Assembly: GCA_964035545.1 (NCBI GenBank)
Contig: OZ037768.1
Coordinates: 14,517,675-14,581,674 of the forward strand
Direction: 5' to 3'
DNA: 64,000 nucleotides
DNA from: Bugula neritina
Taxonomy: Eukaryota > Animalia > Bryozoa
This document shows, in pieces, positions 62,401 to 64,000 of the stretch. The notes under the pieces are model-generated. The model made no database searches. It worked only from the letters and a program-made list of their open reading frames with translations, and was not told where the DNA came from. Each line of letters starts with the position of its first letter. Positions within the stretch are counted from its first letter, which is position 1. A program made the position numbers and the translations under genes.

Positions 62401-64000
62401 ACACTAAAGTATACTGTAATAAACAGAAATGTGCTGTAACATACTGAAACTTGCAGCAACATATTGAAATATACTGCAAGACATTGAAATATACTGCAAC
62501 ATACTGAAATGTGCTGTAGCATACTAAAATACACTGCAACACACTAAACTATACTGTAAAATACAGAAATGTACTGTAAAATACTGAAATACACTGTAAC
62601 ATCTTGAAATACACTGCAAAACATTGAACTATACCGCAACATACTGAAATATGCTGTGGCATACTGAAATACATTGTTAACACTGAAGTATACTGTAATA
62701 TACAGAAATGTATTGTAACACGCTGAAACATGCAGGAACATACTGAAATATACTGCAAAACATTGAACTATACCGCAACATACTGAAATATGCTGTGGCA
62801 TACTGAAATACACTGCTAGACACTGAAGTATACTGTAATATACTGAAATGTACTGTAACATACTGAAAAGTACGGCGACATACTGAAATGTACTGCAACA
62901 TACTGAAATACACACCGTAACATACTGAACTCCACTGCAACACATTGAAATATACTGAAATACATTGTAAGATACTGAAATACACTGCAACATACTGCAA
63001 CATTAGGAAATATATGGTAACCTACTGAAATATGTTGCAAAAAACTAAAATATACTGTAACATACTAAGACATACTACAACATACTGAAATATAATGCAA
63101 CATACTGAAATATACTGCAACATACTGCAACATACTGAAATACTCTGTAACATACTGAAATACACTGCAACACACTGAAACCTATTGAAATGTACTGTAA
63201 CATTTTGAAATACACTGCAAAACATTAAAATATACCGCAACTCACTGAAATAAATGGTAACCTACTGAAATATGTTGCAAACCACTGAAACATACTGCAC
63301 CCTACTGAAGTACACTGCAAAACTTTGAAATATACTGCAACATACCGAAGTATATGGTAACCTACTGAAATATGTTGCAAACCACTGAAACATACTGCAA
63401 CATACTGCAACAAAATGAAATATACTGTAACACACTGAAAAATACTGCAAAATACTGAAATATACTGTAACATACTAAAACATACTGCGACATACTGAAA
63501 TATAATACAACATACTGAATTACACTCCAACATACTGCAACATACTGAAATACTCTGTAACATACTGAAATACACTGCAACACATTGAAATACACTGCAA
63601 AATACTGCAACATACTGTAATACACTGTAACATCTTGAAATACACTGCAACATACTGAAATACACTGTGACATATTGAATTACACTGCAACACACTGAAA
63701 TATACTGAAACATACCGAAATATATGGTAACCTACTGAAATATGTTGCAAACTACTGAAACATACTGCAACATCCTGCAACAAAACGAGATATACTGTAA
63801 TACACTGAAACATACTGCAAAATACTGAAATTAACTGTAACATACTAAGACATACTGCAACATACTGAAATATAATGCAACATACTGAAATACACTGTAA
63901 CATATTGAAAAACACTGATACACATTGAAGTATACCGCAACATACTGAAATATGCTGTGGCATACTGAAATACACTGCTGGACACTGAAGTATACTGTAA

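Larger units (their letters stand above)
12055..64000. repeat. Satellite array 2: same 10/20-bp family, >=52 kb, uninterrupted, single orientation, complex higher-order structure; runs off the right edge
   Basis: Continuous TGAAATAYAC/TGYAACAYAC periodicity. Recurrent box ATATGGTAACCTACTGAAATATGTT. No TE insertion or strand inversion seen. Confidence 0.98.

Noticed and set aside
2756-63975. Hundreds of minus-strand ORFs encoding MLQYISVCCSIFQYVAVYFS-like proteins as genes (e.g. membrane or Cys-rich proteins)
   Set aside because: They overlap in all three frames with the same peptide, follow directly from a stop-free 20-bp repeat, and are broken by frequent stops and indels that are not multiples of 3.
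12055-64000. CRISPR-like array or cassette system with the GGTAACC box as direct repeat
   Set aside because: The intervening sequence is the same satellite rather than unique spacers, spacing is irregular, no cas or recombinase genes are present, and the context is eukaryotic TEs.
12055-64000. Homology to the Drosophila 10-bp AATAACATAG satellite
   Set aside because: The shared period and TAACATA core are too short to imply descent, and the dimer and module structure differ.

Overview
Eukaryotic (probably invertebrate animal) repeat-only DNA with no intact host gene. About 57 kb of the 64 kb is one A-rich satellite family built from 10-bp monomers that mostly alternate as a 20-bp dimer (TGAAATATAC TGCAACATAC). 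It forms a 5.1-kb array (2771-7866) and a >=52-kb array (12055 to window end) that differ in diagnostic variants. The large array is hierarchical: recurring variant modules, a GGTAACC-containing box, near-identical tandem duplications of 2276, 3716, 3386, 1076 and 1886 bp, and a long-range match at offset ~30.76 kb. The first 12 kb is a cluster of broken transposons: a 12-bp minisatellite, a solo LTR with a CCAC target-site duplication, the dead APE endonuclease of a CR1/L2-type LINE, the 5' half of a Ty3/Gypsy element (LTR, tRNA-Leu PBS, gag), a 743-bp TIR element, the 3' half of a related Gypsy element (integrase, PPT, LTR), and a sister 10-bp repeat. The hundreds of minus-strand 'MLQYISVCCSIFQ' ORFs are an arithmetic by-product of the repeat. 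I see no evidence for a new protein-coding system. The novelty, if any, lies in the satellite architecture and its junctions. All alignments were done by eye, so boundaries inside repeats are approximate.
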